DNA of 51,625 bases from an uncultured Neisseriaceae bacterium (GTDB lineage Bacteria > Pseudomonadota > Gammaproteobacteria > Burkholderiales > UBA11063), in the NCBI GenBank assembly GCA_937952895.1, contig CALFYC010000090.1, positions 1-51,625 on the forward strand, written 5' to 3'. This document shows, piece by piece, positions 31,669-41,910 of this stretch. The notes below the pieces were generated by a model, which had not been told where the DNA came from, made no database searches, and worked only from the letters and a program-made list of their open reading frames with translations. The position numbers and the translations under genes are program-made. Each line of letters starts with the position of its first letter. Position 1 is the first letter of the stretch.

Positions 31669-33156
31669 ATGAAAATAATTATCCTCGGTTTAATAATTGG
31701 AATATACTTAGTTGGATGTTCTGGGGGAGAAGGTAAAGTTCCAGTTACAGGAACTACCAATCTACCTCCTGGATCATTAGATAAATATAATGAAGCTATT
31801 GATTATTCAACTGGTGATTTAGCACATAATTTATTAGAATATATTTGTCTTCCTGATACCACACAAGATGATTGTGCTAAAAATCAAGAAAACCTAGCTG
31901 GTAAGTATAATTTTCTAGTTTCACAAGTTGAAAGTTATACTGATAAAGTGCATGCTTATACTATAACATATAGCTCTCCAGGAATTTTTGGTGAAAATCG
32001 TGAATTATCTGGTGAAGTATTAGTTCCAAATTTACCAGAATCTAAAATTAAAGGAATTTTATTATATTATCATGGGACATCATTTACTAAATATGATGTC
32101 CCATCATGTCTAGGGGGAAAATCTGCAAAACTTCCATCGTATTGTAATATGCAATCAATTGATAGTGAGCGTTTATCTGCAATAATGGCATCTCAAGGAT
32201 ATATTGTCGCAATGCCTGATTATGTGGGGCAAGGAATAGACAATCAAGTAATGCATCCATATATTTTTTATCCAGAAAATAATGCTATTTCTGGAATTAA
32301 TATTTTAATTGCAACTCGTAGTTTATTAGATAAAGTAGGTTATTCAAACACCCTTAATTTATATATAGGTGGCCTATCTGAAGGTGGAGCCTACTCTTTG
32401 TGGGCAACAAAGTTAATCCAAACCACTTCAGCGCAAATTATTGCAGATAGTAAATATAATTTGAAACTAACTCTTGGTATATCTGGAGCATATGATTTAA
32501 AAGATGCACAAATGCCGATGGAGCTTTATAATATAACTACAGATGACTCTAACCCATATAATATATTAAATACCGGAACTGCAACTGCAGCTAAGCCTTT
32601 AGTTATTAGCTATACTTTAACTGCATATGGATTTTATGATTATAATCAGGATTATAATAACTTAATTAGTAAAGCATTTTTAGAATGTGTGCCATGTAAA
32701 CTTAGTGGAAAAGGGTATAGCCTAAATTCAGTATTCTTAGATACAAGTCTTGATCTACCTGCTCTTATTAGTTTAATTACAAGTAGTGCAGTAATTACTG
32801 GCTATGGAATAAATGGTAACAATTCAGCTAAAGCACTAATAACTGGTAGTTTAGAAAATGATCCTCAGTTTAATCAAAAATTAATTTCAGCAAGTATTAC
32901 TAGTTTGGTAACTACAACACCAATTGAATTAATTTATCTAGCTAATGATTCTGTGGTTACAAACCTTAATTCGTTAAATGCATATAATGGAATAAAAAAT
33001 GCAGCTGGTGACGATAAAATTAGTATGGAAATTGTTAATAATTCACTATACTTATTTCACGACAAACTTAGCAATATTGAAACTCCAATTGACCATCAAC
33101 AATCACAGCCATTTCTTTTAATAGCAGCTTTGATTAAAATGAACCAGTATAATTAA
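31669..33156 (+). CDS. Lipoprotein alpha/beta hydrolase (secretory lipase-like)
   Basis: Lipobox LVGC; YYHGT, GYIVAMPDYVGQG, nucleophile elbow GLSEGG, SGAYDL, NDSVV, terminal IDH. Confidence 0.82.
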   Translation: MKIIILGLIIGIYLVGCSGGEGKVPVTGTTNLPPGSLDKYNEAIDYSTGDLAHNLLEYICLPDTTQDDCAKNQENLAGKYNFLVSQVESYTDKVHAYTITYSSPGIFGENRELSGEVLVPNLPESKIKGILLYYHGTSFTKYDVPSCLGGKSAKLPSYCNMQSIDSERLSAIMASQGYIVAMPDYVGQGIDNQVMHPYIFYPENNAISGINILIATRSLLDKVGYSNTLNLYIGGLSEGGAYSLWATKLIQTTSAQIIADSKYNLKLTLGISGAYDLKDAQMPMELYNITTDDSNPYNILNTGTATAAKPLVISYTLTAYGFYDYNQDYNNLISKAFLECVPCKLSGKGYSLNSVFLDTSLDLPALISLITSSAVITGYGINGNNSAKALITGSLENDPQFNQKLISASITSLVTTTPIELIYLANDSVVTNLNSLNAYNGIKNAAGDDKISMEIVNNSLYLFHDKLSNIETPIDHQQSQPFLLIAALIKMNQYN

Positions 33157-33352
33157 TCATAATTTGGGTTAAGTATAAGAGAAGTATTATCTTAAACGAA
33201 ATAACCTCTAACACATTGCACGAATGCAGATCGTGCCACTAAACCTAAATTTTTCCCCGAAGCTTTATATTGGTAAATATGAAATTACAATACTATAATC
33301 CGTTACTTTTTTATAAGATATAAATAATTTTTAATAGTCAATGAGGATACAC

Positions 33353-33799
33353 ATGAAAAAAACTTCTTTGTTATATAAGCTTGCTTTATTAACTTTAAGC
33401 TCGTCATTATTGCCTTCAGGAGCATTTGCTTCATCAACTTGCCATGCAAATATTTACAATAATACCGATCCTTTTATATTTCAGTTTAATCCTACCAAAG
33501 GTGATGTTCATTTTGATCCAAATGTATGTGGAGTAGTTAATGGTCCCTGCATAGAACCAACTAAGGTTAAACTTGCTATTGATTATACTACATCAGATGG
33601 TGGAGAAATTAAAGGAACCGGTACTGCTACCGACCTCTATACGGGACAAGTAACAAATTTTTATTATGCAAACTATACGGAATCTAGCGCTGTACTTCAT
33701 TGCCCTACACTAACTGTAACAAATAGCAGTGCTGATAATGGAGGTGTTTTTGAAGGAAATGATCCCGAACGTGGCGATATAACTTTAAATAATGAATGA
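33353..33799 (+). CDS. Small secreted 4-Cys protein, paralog A
   Basis: ATG 33353 after GAGGA; signal peptide ending GAFA; motifs TC.ANIYN, GDVHF, NGPC, DYTT, CP shared with 36902 and 37380. Confidence 0.75.
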   Translation: MKKTSLLYKLALLTLSSSLLPSGAFASSTCHANIYNNTDPFIFQFNPTKGDVHFDPNVCGVVNGPCIEPTKVKLAIDYTTSDGGEIKGTGTATDLYTGQVTNFYYANYTESSAVLHCPTLTVTNSSADNGGVFEGNDPERGDITLNNE

Positions 33800-34017
33800 C
33801 AAATATTTTAAAGTAGTTTAATAGAATTAAAACATGGATAGTTTATTGCTGCCTTTATTTTCTAAATAAAAATGGTTAATCTAGGGAGTGGTAGATTTAT
33901 GAAATTATCTACTATAATTAGATTGTCATTTGATTCACCAAAATCTGAGGATTTACTTGTTTAATACTTAAATTTTTTCTTTATTTACAATTAACTAAAT
34001 CTTTAAATTTATAATCT

Positions 34018-34045
34018 TTGATACAAAATTTAAATATGCTATAAT
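34018..34045 (+). promoter_or_regulatory. Putative sigma70 promoter
   Basis: TTGATA-16 nt-TATAAT with an extended TG, 34 nt upstream of the 34080 ATG. Confidence 0.5.
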
Positions 34046-34079
34046 TCTAGCAAAATACCCTCTAAATAAATGAAACTCT

Positions 34080-36449
34080 ATGAAATCGTTTATCAATTAT
34101 GTATTGATATCTTTAGTTATAACTGTATTTTTAAGTGGATGTAATAGTGGAAGCAGTAGTAGTACATCCAACAATCTTCAGCCATCACTTTCTTGGACCA
34201 AACAAGTTGGTGGAACTATCGGTAAAAATACATTTAGTAGTGCGACAAACAATGATTCAAATGGCAATACTTATATAACCGGGTATACAAATGTAGGGAT
34301 TTCTGGACAAACACAAAATGGGAAGATCGATTACTTTATTGCTAAATATAGCGAGAGTGGAACTTTAATTTGGACTAGGCAAGTTGGAGAAAGTGGTGGT
34401 TTTACATTAGCTGAGGGTGTTAGCAATGATTTAAATGGGAATACATATATTACTGGATTTACCACTGTTGGAATTTCTGGTGAATCACAAATTGGCAATA
34501 ATGATTACTTTATTGCTAAATATAGTGAAAGCGGAACTTTAATCTGGACTAGGCAGGTAGGGGTAAGTAATGGAAATATATATTCCCAAGGTATTAGCAC
34601 TGATTCAAATGGCAATAGCTATATAACAGGTGTTACTGACATGGGGATTTCTGGACAAACAAAAATTGGAAATTACGATTACTTTATTGCTAAATATAGC
34701 GAGAGCGGAACTTTAATCTGGACTAGGCAAGTAGGGGCAAATAATGGATATACATTTGGTGCCGGCATTAGCACTGATTCAAACGGCAACCCATATATAA
34801 CAGGTTCTACCAATGTAGGAATTTCTGGACAAATGCAAAATGGGGATTATGACTACTTTATTGCTAAATATGATGCAAACGGTAGTTTAAACTGGACTCG
34901 CCAAGTTGGATCAGGTAATGGAAACACTTATGGTGCTGGCATCAGTACTGATTCAAATGGCAACGCATACATAACAGGTTATACCGATGTAGGAATTTCT
35001 GGACAAACCCAAGTTGGACAAGATGACTACTTTATTGCCAAATATAGCGAAAGTGGTAGTTTAACCTGGACTAAGCAAGTAGGGGCAAGTAATGGATATA
35101 CTTTTAGTAATAGCATTCGCACTGATTTAAGTGGCAATTCCTATGTAACCGGTTCTACCAATGTAGGAATTTCTGGGCAAACAAAAGTTGGACAATATGA
35201 CTACTTTATTGCTAAATATAGTGAAAGTGGTAATCTAATCTGGACTGGCCAAGTTGGGGAAAGCGGTGGATATACTTCTGCTAATGGGGTTAGCACTGAT
35301 TCAGCTGGCAATCCAAATATAGTAGGATATACCGATGTAGGAATTTCTGGTGAATCACTAACTGGACAATCTGATTACTTTATTGCTAAATATAATGCAA
35401 GCGGCAGTTTAAACTGGACTCGCCAAGTAGGTGGCGCAATAGGTGGAAACACATTTTCTTCAGCTATTACAACTGATTCAACAGGCAAAAACTATATTAC
35501 CGGTTCGACTAATGCGGCAATTTCTGGACAAACACAAAATGGGGATTATGACTACTTTATTGCTAAATATAGTGAAAGTGGTGGTCTAATCTGGAGTCGT
35601 CAAATCGGGATAAATGGTGGAAGCACATATAGTAATGGGATTAGCATTGATTCAAGCAATAACAGCTATATTACTGGTTATACCAATGTAGGAATTTCTG
35701 GGCAAACACAAGTTGGACAATATGATTACTTTATTGCTAAATACAGCGAAAGTGGCAATCTAATATGGACTCACCAAGTTGGGGAAAGTGGCGGAATCAC
35801 CTCTGGTTACAGCATTAGCACTGATTCAAATGCTAATATCTATATAACTGGATATACCGATGTAGGGATTTCCGGTGAATCACAAAATGGTAACACAGAT
35901 TATTTTGTTGCCAAATATAGTGAAAGCGGCATCTTAATATGGACTCACCAAGTTGGGGAAAGTGGTGGGAATACATATTCTTATGCTATTACCACAGATT
36001 CAAGTAGTAATGCCTATATAACGGGTTCTACAGATGTGGGGATTTCCGGGCAATCACAAGTTGGAGATTATGACTACTTTATTGCGAAATATAGTGAAAG
36101 TGGTGGTCTAATATGGAGTCGCCAAGTTGGGGAAAGTGGTGGAGATACATATAGTGAAGCTATTCACTCTGATTTAAATGGCAACACTTATATAACTGGT
36201 TCTACCAATGTAGGAATTTCTGGACAAACACAAATTGGCAATTACGACTACTTTATTGCTAAATATAGCAAAAGCGGCACCCTAACTTGGGCCACACAGC
36301 TAGGTGTTGCTGGTGGAGATACATATGGTTCTGCAATTAGCACCGATTCAAATAATAATATTTACATAGATGGCTCTACCAATCTAGGAGTCTCTGGCCA
36401 AAAGCAGATTGGACAATCTGATTACTTTATTGCCAAATATGTAGAATAA
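34080..36449 (+). CDS. SBBP-repeat beta-propeller lipoprotein
   Basis: Lipobox LSGC and a Ser-rich linker; 13 tandem 58-59 aa repeats (WTRQVG...STDSNGN.YITG.T.VGISG...DYFIAKY). Confidence 0.88.
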   Translation: MKSFINYVLISLVITVFLSGCNSGSSSSTSNNLQPSLSWTKQVGGTIGKNTFSSATNNDSNGNTYITGYTNVGISGQTQNGKIDYFIAKYSESGTLIWTRQVGESGGFTLAEGVSNDLNGNTYITGFTTVGISGESQIGNNDYFIAKYSESGTLIWTRQVGVSNGNIYSQGISTDSNGNSYITGVTDMGISGQTKIGNYDYFIAKYSESGTLIWTRQVGANNGYTFGAGISTDSNGNPYITGSTNVGISGQMQNGDYDYFIAKYDANGSLNWTRQVGSGNGNTYGAGISTDSNGNAYITGYTDVGISGQTQVGQDDYFIAKYSESGSLTWTKQVGASNGYTFSNSIRTDLSGNSYVTGSTNVGISGQTKVGQYDYFIAKYSESGNLIWTGQVGESGGYTSANGVSTDSAGNPNIVGYTDVGISGESLTGQSDYFIAKYNASGSLNWTRQVGGAIGGNTFSSAITTDSTGKNYITGSTNAAISGQTQNGDYDYFIAKYSESGGLIWSRQIGINGGSTYSNGISIDSSNNSYITGYTNVGISGQTQVGQYDYFIAKYSESGNLIWTHQVGESGGITSGYSISTDSNANIYITGYTDVGISGESQNGNTDYFVAKYSESGILIWTHQVGESGGNTYSYAITTDSSSNAYITGSTDVGISGQSQVGDYDYFIAKYSESGGLIWSRQVGESGGDTYSEAIHSDLNGNTYITGSTNVGISGQTQIGNYDYFIAKYSKSGTLTWATQLGVAGGDTYGSAISTDSNNNIYIDGSTNLGVSGQKQIGQSDYFIAKYVE
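34194..36446 (+). repeat. Intragenic tandem repeat, about 174-bp unit x13
   Basis: TACTTTATTGCTAAATA-like and GGAATTTCTGG-like blocks recur at about 174-bp spacing. Confidence 0.9.
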
Positions 36450-36901
36450 AAATTGAAATAAAACATAAAGATAATTCTTTTATCGATTAATTTATGAATA
36501 TTTGAATTAGAATTTGAAAATCAGTATTTTTTAAATTTTATAATTGTCAAAATAAAATTTTAATAGATATAATGTTTTGTTTGATTCATTTATAAAGAAA
36601 GTTTCACGAAATTATTTTAGGCCTGAGACTTCCTTTAATTAACAATAAGAACGTCGCTTCACTTTCCAATCTGAGTAAATATTTATGTGATTATCAATCC
36701 TTTTTATTCACTAATTCATGTTTTAGTAAAAACTTTATTCCACTTACTAGTTAATTATATCATAAAATTTTAAAGCATACTTCCTAAATATTTAGGGGAT
36801 AGAATTATCATAGACAATTAGACTAAATAATGGGGATAATATTGATTATATAAGAGAATTTTATATAAAAATAATATTAATCAGTTATTTAGAGGTTAAA
36901 A

Positions 36902-37378
36902 ATGAAAAAATCTATAAGTACTTTTAAGAAAAATAGCTTTTTGCTCATAATATCAGTATTAGTAAATTCACCAATTTTAAGTTACGCCACTTGTGATACA
37001 AATGTTTATAATTCAACTAATCAATCATTTAATTTATTAGTTAACTCTACATATGGCGATATATACTTTACGAACATTAACCCAAGTCAATGTCCAGATA
37101 GTAAAATAAAACATGGAAAACCTGTAAATGGGCCATGTACCTTAAAGCCAAATGATCTTATCGTCCTAAGCTATACAACCACAGGTGATAATATTTATGG
37201 CGATATGTTTATTACAGACTCATCTAATCAAACTATAAGAATACCGTATTCTAATAATAAACATGGAGATTGCCCAAAATTATTGGATACTGATCCACAA
37301 AATACAAATTTTAACTTTAATTTAAATTACCCCAATGATGGTTTCTTTGTAATTGAATCTACTTTTGGAGACAAATAA
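36902..37378 (+). CDS. Small secreted 4-Cys protein, paralog B
   Basis: GAGGT RBS; signal peptide ending SYA; TCDTNVYN, GDIYF, NGPC, SYTT, HGDCPK, P.DGF. Confidence 0.78.
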   Translation: MKKSISTFKKNSFLLIISVLVNSPILSYATCDTNVYNSTNQSFNLLVNSTYGDIYFTNINPSQCPDSKIKHGKPVNGPCTLKPNDLIVLSYTTTGDNIYGDMFITDSSNQTIRIPYSNNKHGDCPKLLDTDPQNTNFNFNLNYPNDGFFVIESTFGDK

Positions 37379-37379
37379 G

Positions 37380-37841
37380 ATGAATATTAAAAACTATACT
37401 CATAATTTTTACAAACACATAACCCTATTTTTATTATTGATAGCAATTAATATTGCACACAAGGTTAATGCAACATGTAATGCTGGCATTTATAACACCT
37501 CTAGTTCACCTTTTCTAGTTCAGTTTACACCAGATGATTATGATGGTGATGTTTATTTTATAAATATTGATCCGAAACAATGTCCCGGTGGTTCAAGTGA
37601 AGGTGGTAAAATAGAAAATGTTCCATGCATAATTTATCCTCATCAGGTAGTTAAAATTGATTATACAACTCATGCCGATAGTATGGATGGGGTGTTACAT
37701 ATAACAAATATGACTAATGAATCTGCAGTTAACATAATGTATGGCAATAATGGTCATGGCTCATGTCCTAAATTTGACACAATTCCTAACTATATCGTTA
37801 AAGATAGTCCAAGTGATGGATTCTTAACAATTAAAGATTAA
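37380..37841 (+). CDS. Small secreted 4-Cys protein, paralog C
   Basis: ATG 37380 after GGAG, 1 nt after the paralog B stop; signal peptide ending VNA; TCNAGIYN, GDVYF, NVPC, DYTT, HGSCPK, PSDGF. Confidence 0.78.
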   Translation: MNIKNYTHNFYKHITLFLLLIAINIAHKVNATCNAGIYNTSSSPFLVQFTPDDYDGDVYFINIDPKQCPGGSSEGGKIENVPCIIYPHQVVKIDYTTHADSMDGVLHITNMTNESAVNIMYGNNGHGSCPKFDTIPNYIVKDSPSDGFLTIKD

Positions 37842-37859
37842 CTTTATATAAATAAATTT

Positions 37860-37891
37860 AGAGGCATAACAAATTTTATTATGCCTCTTTT
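37860..37891 (+). terminator. Intrinsic terminator
   Basis: AGAGGCATAA/TTATGCCTCT 10-bp stem followed by T residues, between convergent genes. Confidence 0.7.
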
Positions 37892-37994
37892 ATATATTAT
37901 CGTGTTATAAATACCTAGGTAGATAAAATATGCTTAACAAAATATCTCTTGAATATAATAATTTTGCTAATATTAAAATAGTTATGATTAACCA

Positions 37995-38897
37995 TTAAAA
38001 AGAATTTGCTTTACTTTCAGTACCAATTTTAGCTAAATATTCATGTGCCTTAAGACAACCATTTTTATCAGCTAATTTAAACCATGTTTTAGCAGATTCA
38101 TAGTTTTTAGTAACACCTAAACCATAAAAATAAAACATACCAACATTACATTGTGCTGTCGCATCCCCTTTAGTTGCTGCTAAAATATACCAATTTAATG
38201 ATTGTTTATAATCTTGAGTAATACCTTTACCTTCAGAATAGATTACACCTAAATTATTCATAGCATATACATTACCCAATTTAGCAGCTTTTGAGTAATT
38301 ATCAATGGCCTTAGCATAATCAACTGGACTACCTAACCCATTTTGATACATATAACCTAAATTAAAGTAACCTTCTGCATTTTCATTACTAGCGGCTTGA
38401 GTAAATAATTTGATTGCCTCTGGATAATCTGGTTGTCCACTAACCCCATCACGATAGATTAAGCCCAAATAGTTCATAGCATCAACATTATTAAGATCAA
38501 CTGCTTTTTTATACCAATTAATTGCTTTATAGATATTTTTAGGAACACCAGTGCCTGAACCATACATATTACCAAGTGTAAGCATTGCCCTTGCTTCACC
38601 TTTATTTGCTGCATCTTTAAAGTATTTAACTGATTTTTGATAATTATGCTTTAAAAAATAGCTTTTTCCAAGATAAAGAGATACTTTACTATCTTTAGAT
38701 TCAGTATTAATTTTTTCGCCTAATTTAATAGCTTTATCATAATCTTTTTGCTCAACATAAGATTCTATTTTAGCTACATTTTTATTAATAGGTGCGCTTG
38801 CATTAGTGGCATCGACTGGAGATGATGCATCTAATGGATCAGCCATTACACTATTAATTAATAAAGATCCACAAAGAATATAAAATATTTTTTTCAT
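37995..38897 (-). CDS. Secreted Sel1-like repeat (SLR/TPR) protein
   Basis: Signal peptide; repeated A...LG.MY..G.GV..D...A..WY..AA units. Confidence 0.92.
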   Translation of the reverse strand: MKKIFYILCGSLLINSVMADPLDASSPVDATNASAPINKNVAKIESYVEQKDYDKAIKLGEKINTESKDSKVSLYLGKSYFLKHNYQKSVKYFKDAANKGEARAMLTLGNMYGSGTGVPKNIYKAINWYKKAVDLNNVDAMNYLGLIYRDGVSGQPDYPEAIKLFTQAASNENAEGYFNLGYMYQNGLGSPVDYAKAIDNYSKAAKLGNVYAMNNLGVIYSEGKGITQDYKQSLNWYILAATKGDATAQCNVGMFYFYGLGVTKNYESAKTWFKLADKNGCLKAHEYLAKIGTESKANSF

Positions 38898-38915
38898 AGT
38901 AATAATCTTTAAAGG

Positions 38916-40361
38916 TTAAAGGTGTAATAATCCTGAACAATATAACATTAAACCACCAGGTAAAATCCCTAACAATATAATAAGTAGACCATTCAAGAAT
39001 AATACTGAACGGCCAAATATAGAAGTATTTGATAGTACTAATTCATTACTACCATCATCAAAGTACATTACCTTTACTACACGTAAATAAAAGAATGCCC
39101 CAATTAAGGACATAACTACCGCAAACACTGCGGTTCTTACATAGCCAATTTCAATTAATGCTTCTAAAATCTTAAATTTAGCATAAAAACCAACTAATGG
39201 TGGTATTCCAGCAAAAGAAAACATTACAACTGCAAATATACCAGCATAAATTGGATGGTTTTTATTTAAGCCACGTAAATCAGCGATTGTTTCACACTCA
39301 TAATTATCTTTAGATAAAAGTAATAATACGCCAAATCCAGCTAATGCAGTTATAACATAAGTTACCATATAAAAAATACATGCCGATAATCCATTAATAC
39401 TTGTTGTCATTAAACCAAAAGCTATAAAGCCCATATTAGCAACCGTTGAATAACCAAGCATACGCTTAATATTAGTTTGTGCAATTGCTACAATATTTCC
39501 TACAAATAAAGATAAAAACCCACCAATTGCCAGCATTACTGACCAATCTGAGTGAAGCTGTAATAGACCAAAATATAAAAAGCGAATTACGAAGATTAAG
39601 CCTGCCAATTTAACTATCGAACCAATTACTGTAGTTACTGCTAAAGATGATCCTTCATATACATCAGGCACCCACATATGAAATGGTACAATTCCTAATT
39701 TAAACAATAAGCCAGCAACAATAAATACTAAGCCAAAGACTAAAATGGCATTATTATCCACTGCAATTGGGCTTTGTAATGCAACGGCCACCTGATCTAG
39801 CTGTAACATACCACCAGTTGCACCATAGATAAATGAAATACCATAAAGTAATATTCCAGAAGCTAATGCACCTAAAATAAAAAATTTCATCGCTGATTCT
39901 GTTGCTTTAATATTATCGCGATCAAGTGCAATTAATCCATATAAAGATAATGATAATAATTCAAGTCCAACATATAAGGTAAGTAAATTAATTGATGAAA
40001 TCATAACTAGCATACCCAATACAGCGAATAAAAACACTGCGTAAAATTCACCTTTCAATAGTTTTTTATCATTAATATATTGACGTGAGTAAATCACAAT
40101 GATTAAACTGAATATATAAGTAAGCAGCTTACTACTTTGTGCAATATTATCTAAAATAAACATATTATTAAATGTTAGGGTTGGTGTTCCATTATAAACC
40201 AATATTTGAATTATGTAAGCTACAATTAAAGTTATTACAGTTAATACTGTATTTACAGTTTTTTTAGTCTCACCAACAAATGCATCCACCAGCAGCATCA
40301 ATATGATCATCGCTACAATAAAAATTTCTGGCAGCGCTGGGAGCAAATTTATATTCATCAT
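38916..40361 (-). CDS. nuoN: NADH-quinone oxidoreductase subunit N
   Basis: FKLGIVPFHMWVPDVYEG, KRMLGYS, AGIPP; position in operon. Confidence 0.96.
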   Translation of the reverse strand: MMNINLLPALPEIFIVAMIILMLLVDAFVGETKKTVNTVLTVITLIVAYIIQILVYNGTPTLTFNNMFILDNIAQSSKLLTYIFSLIIVIYSRQYINDKKLLKGEFYAVFLFAVLGMLVMISSINLLTLYVGLELLSLSLYGLIALDRDNIKATESAMKFFILGALASGILLYGISFIYGATGGMLQLDQVAVALQSPIAVDNNAILVFGLVFIVAGLLFKLGIVPFHMWVPDVYEGSSLAVTTVIGSIVKLAGLIFVIRFLYFGLLQLHSDWSVMLAIGGFLSLFVGNIVAIAQTNIKRMLGYSTVANMGFIAFGLMTTSINGLSACIFYMVTYVITALAGFGVLLLLSKDNYECETIADLRGLNKNHPIYAGIFAVVMFSFAGIPPLVGFYAKFKILEALIEIGYVRTAVFAVVMSLIGAFFYLRVVKVMYFDDGSNELVLSNTSIFGRSVLFLNGLLIILLGILPGGLMLYCSGLLHL

Positions 40362-40401
40362 TATCTTACCTTGTAAAAACCTTTTGCCTATTAATTTCTT
40401 A

Positions 40402-41895
40402 TTAATGAGGCATTATTTTAGTATTCGCAAAATTATTAATTAAATCATGGACACTTACTTGGATTTTAGCTACAAATAATTCTGGATATACCCCAACGGC
40501 AATCACAGCAATTCCAAGTAGAGCTAAAATTATAAACTCTCTTACATCAATATCCGTCATTTCAGCAACATGATTATTTGAAATCTCACCAAAAATTACG
40601 CGTTTATACATCCAAAGTGTGTATGCTGCACCTAAAATCAGAGTGAAAGCTGCAAAAAACGCATATATGTAATTAATTTGTAATACACCCATAATTACCA
40701 TAAATTCACCAACAAACCCTGAAGTTCCTGGTAATCCCGAATTAGCCATCGCAAATAACATAAAAAATGCAGCAAAAATAGGCATTTTAGTCGCAACCCC
40801 ACCATAATCAGCAATATTTCTTGAATGGACACGGTCATACATAATACCAATAGACATAAACATCGCAGCAGATACAAATCCATGAGATAGCATTTGCACA
40901 ATTGCCCCTTCGACTGCCCATGGATTTAATACATTACCATAAAACATAAAACATCCAAGAGTAACAAAACCCATATGTGAAATTGATGAATAAGCAACTA
41001 ATTTTTTCATATCCTTTTGCACAATTGCAACTAAACCTATGTATACAATTGCAATTAATGATAATGTAATCATTACATGAGCTAACATCCTTGAAGCATC
41101 TGGCACAATTGGTAGAATAAAGCGTAAAAATCCATAACCACCAATCTTAAGTGTAATTGCAGCTAATACCATAGATCCACCGGTTGGTGCTTCTGGATGT
41201 GCATCTGGTAACCAAGTATGTAATGGCCACATTGGAACTTTTACCGCAAAGGATAAGAAAAATGCAATAAAAATTAATATCTGAGGTAACATTTGTAATG
41301 GAGTTTTATAATATTGAAAAATTTCAAAACTATTATTACTTACATTAAATAAGTAAATTAAAGCAACCAACATTAACAATGAACCAAGTAAAGTATATAA
41401 GAAAAATTTAATTGCTGCATACACACGATTGGAACTACCCCAAATGCCAATAATTAAATACATTGGAATTAACATAGCTTCAAAAAACACATAAAATAGG
41501 ATTGCATCAAGTGCACAGAATGACCCTGAGATAAAACCAGTCATTACTAAAAACATACTATTATAAAGCGCAACCTTACGTGTAATAATTTTCCAACCAG
41601 CCAAAATCACTAAGAATGTAATAAAATTATTTAGTAATACAAATGGCATAGAAATACCATCAACACCCAGATGGTATTGGATGTTAAGGCTTGAAATCCA
41701 AGGCATTAATTCTTCAAATTGTATTCCTGAATGATTTACATCAAATTGTAAATATAAAATTATTGAGAAAATTAATGCTATTAATGAACCTAATAGGGCT
41801 AAATATCTTGCAAGGCAATCATTTTTATGTGCAAACAATACAATAATACCTGCAACTATTGGGCTCCATACCGTTAAACTTAACAAATAATGCAT
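40402..41895 (-). CDS. nuoM: NADH-quinone oxidoreductase subunit M
   Basis: AVKVPMWPLHTWLPDAH, KKLVAYSSISHMG, GLPGTSGFVGE. Confidence 0.97.
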   Translation of the reverse strand: MHYLLSLTVWSPIVAGIIVLFAHKNDCLARYLALLGSLIALIFSIILYLQFDVNHSGIQFEELMPWISSLNIQYHLGVDGISMPFVLLNNFITFLVILAGWKIITRKVALYNSMFLVMTGFISGSFCALDAILFYVFFEAMLIPMYLIIGIWGSSNRVYAAIKFFLYTLLGSLLMLVALIYLFNVSNNSFEIFQYYKTPLQMLPQILIFIAFFLSFAVKVPMWPLHTWLPDAHPEAPTGGSMVLAAITLKIGGYGFLRFILPIVPDASRMLAHVMITLSLIAIVYIGLVAIVQKDMKKLVAYSSISHMGFVTLGCFMFYGNVLNPWAVEGAIVQMLSHGFVSAAMFMSIGIMYDRVHSRNIADYGGVATKMPIFAAFFMLFAMANSGLPGTSGFVGEFMVIMGVLQINYIYAFFAAFTLILGAAYTLWMYKRVIFGEISNNHVAEMTDIDVREFIILALLGIAVIAVGVYPELFVAKIQVSVHDLINNFANTKIMPH

Positions 41896-41910
41896 AACTG
41901 TACTTATCCT

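Noticed and set aside
34194-36446. CRISPR array or diversity-generating retroelement
   Set aside because: The repeats are in-frame coding units without unique spacers. No cas or reverse transcriptase gene is present, and variation is not adenine-specific.
37995-38897. Sel1-repeat protein as an extra complex I subunit
   Set aside because: It lies only 18 nt after nuoN and may be co-transcribed, but it is a generic exported SLR protein with no other link to complex I.
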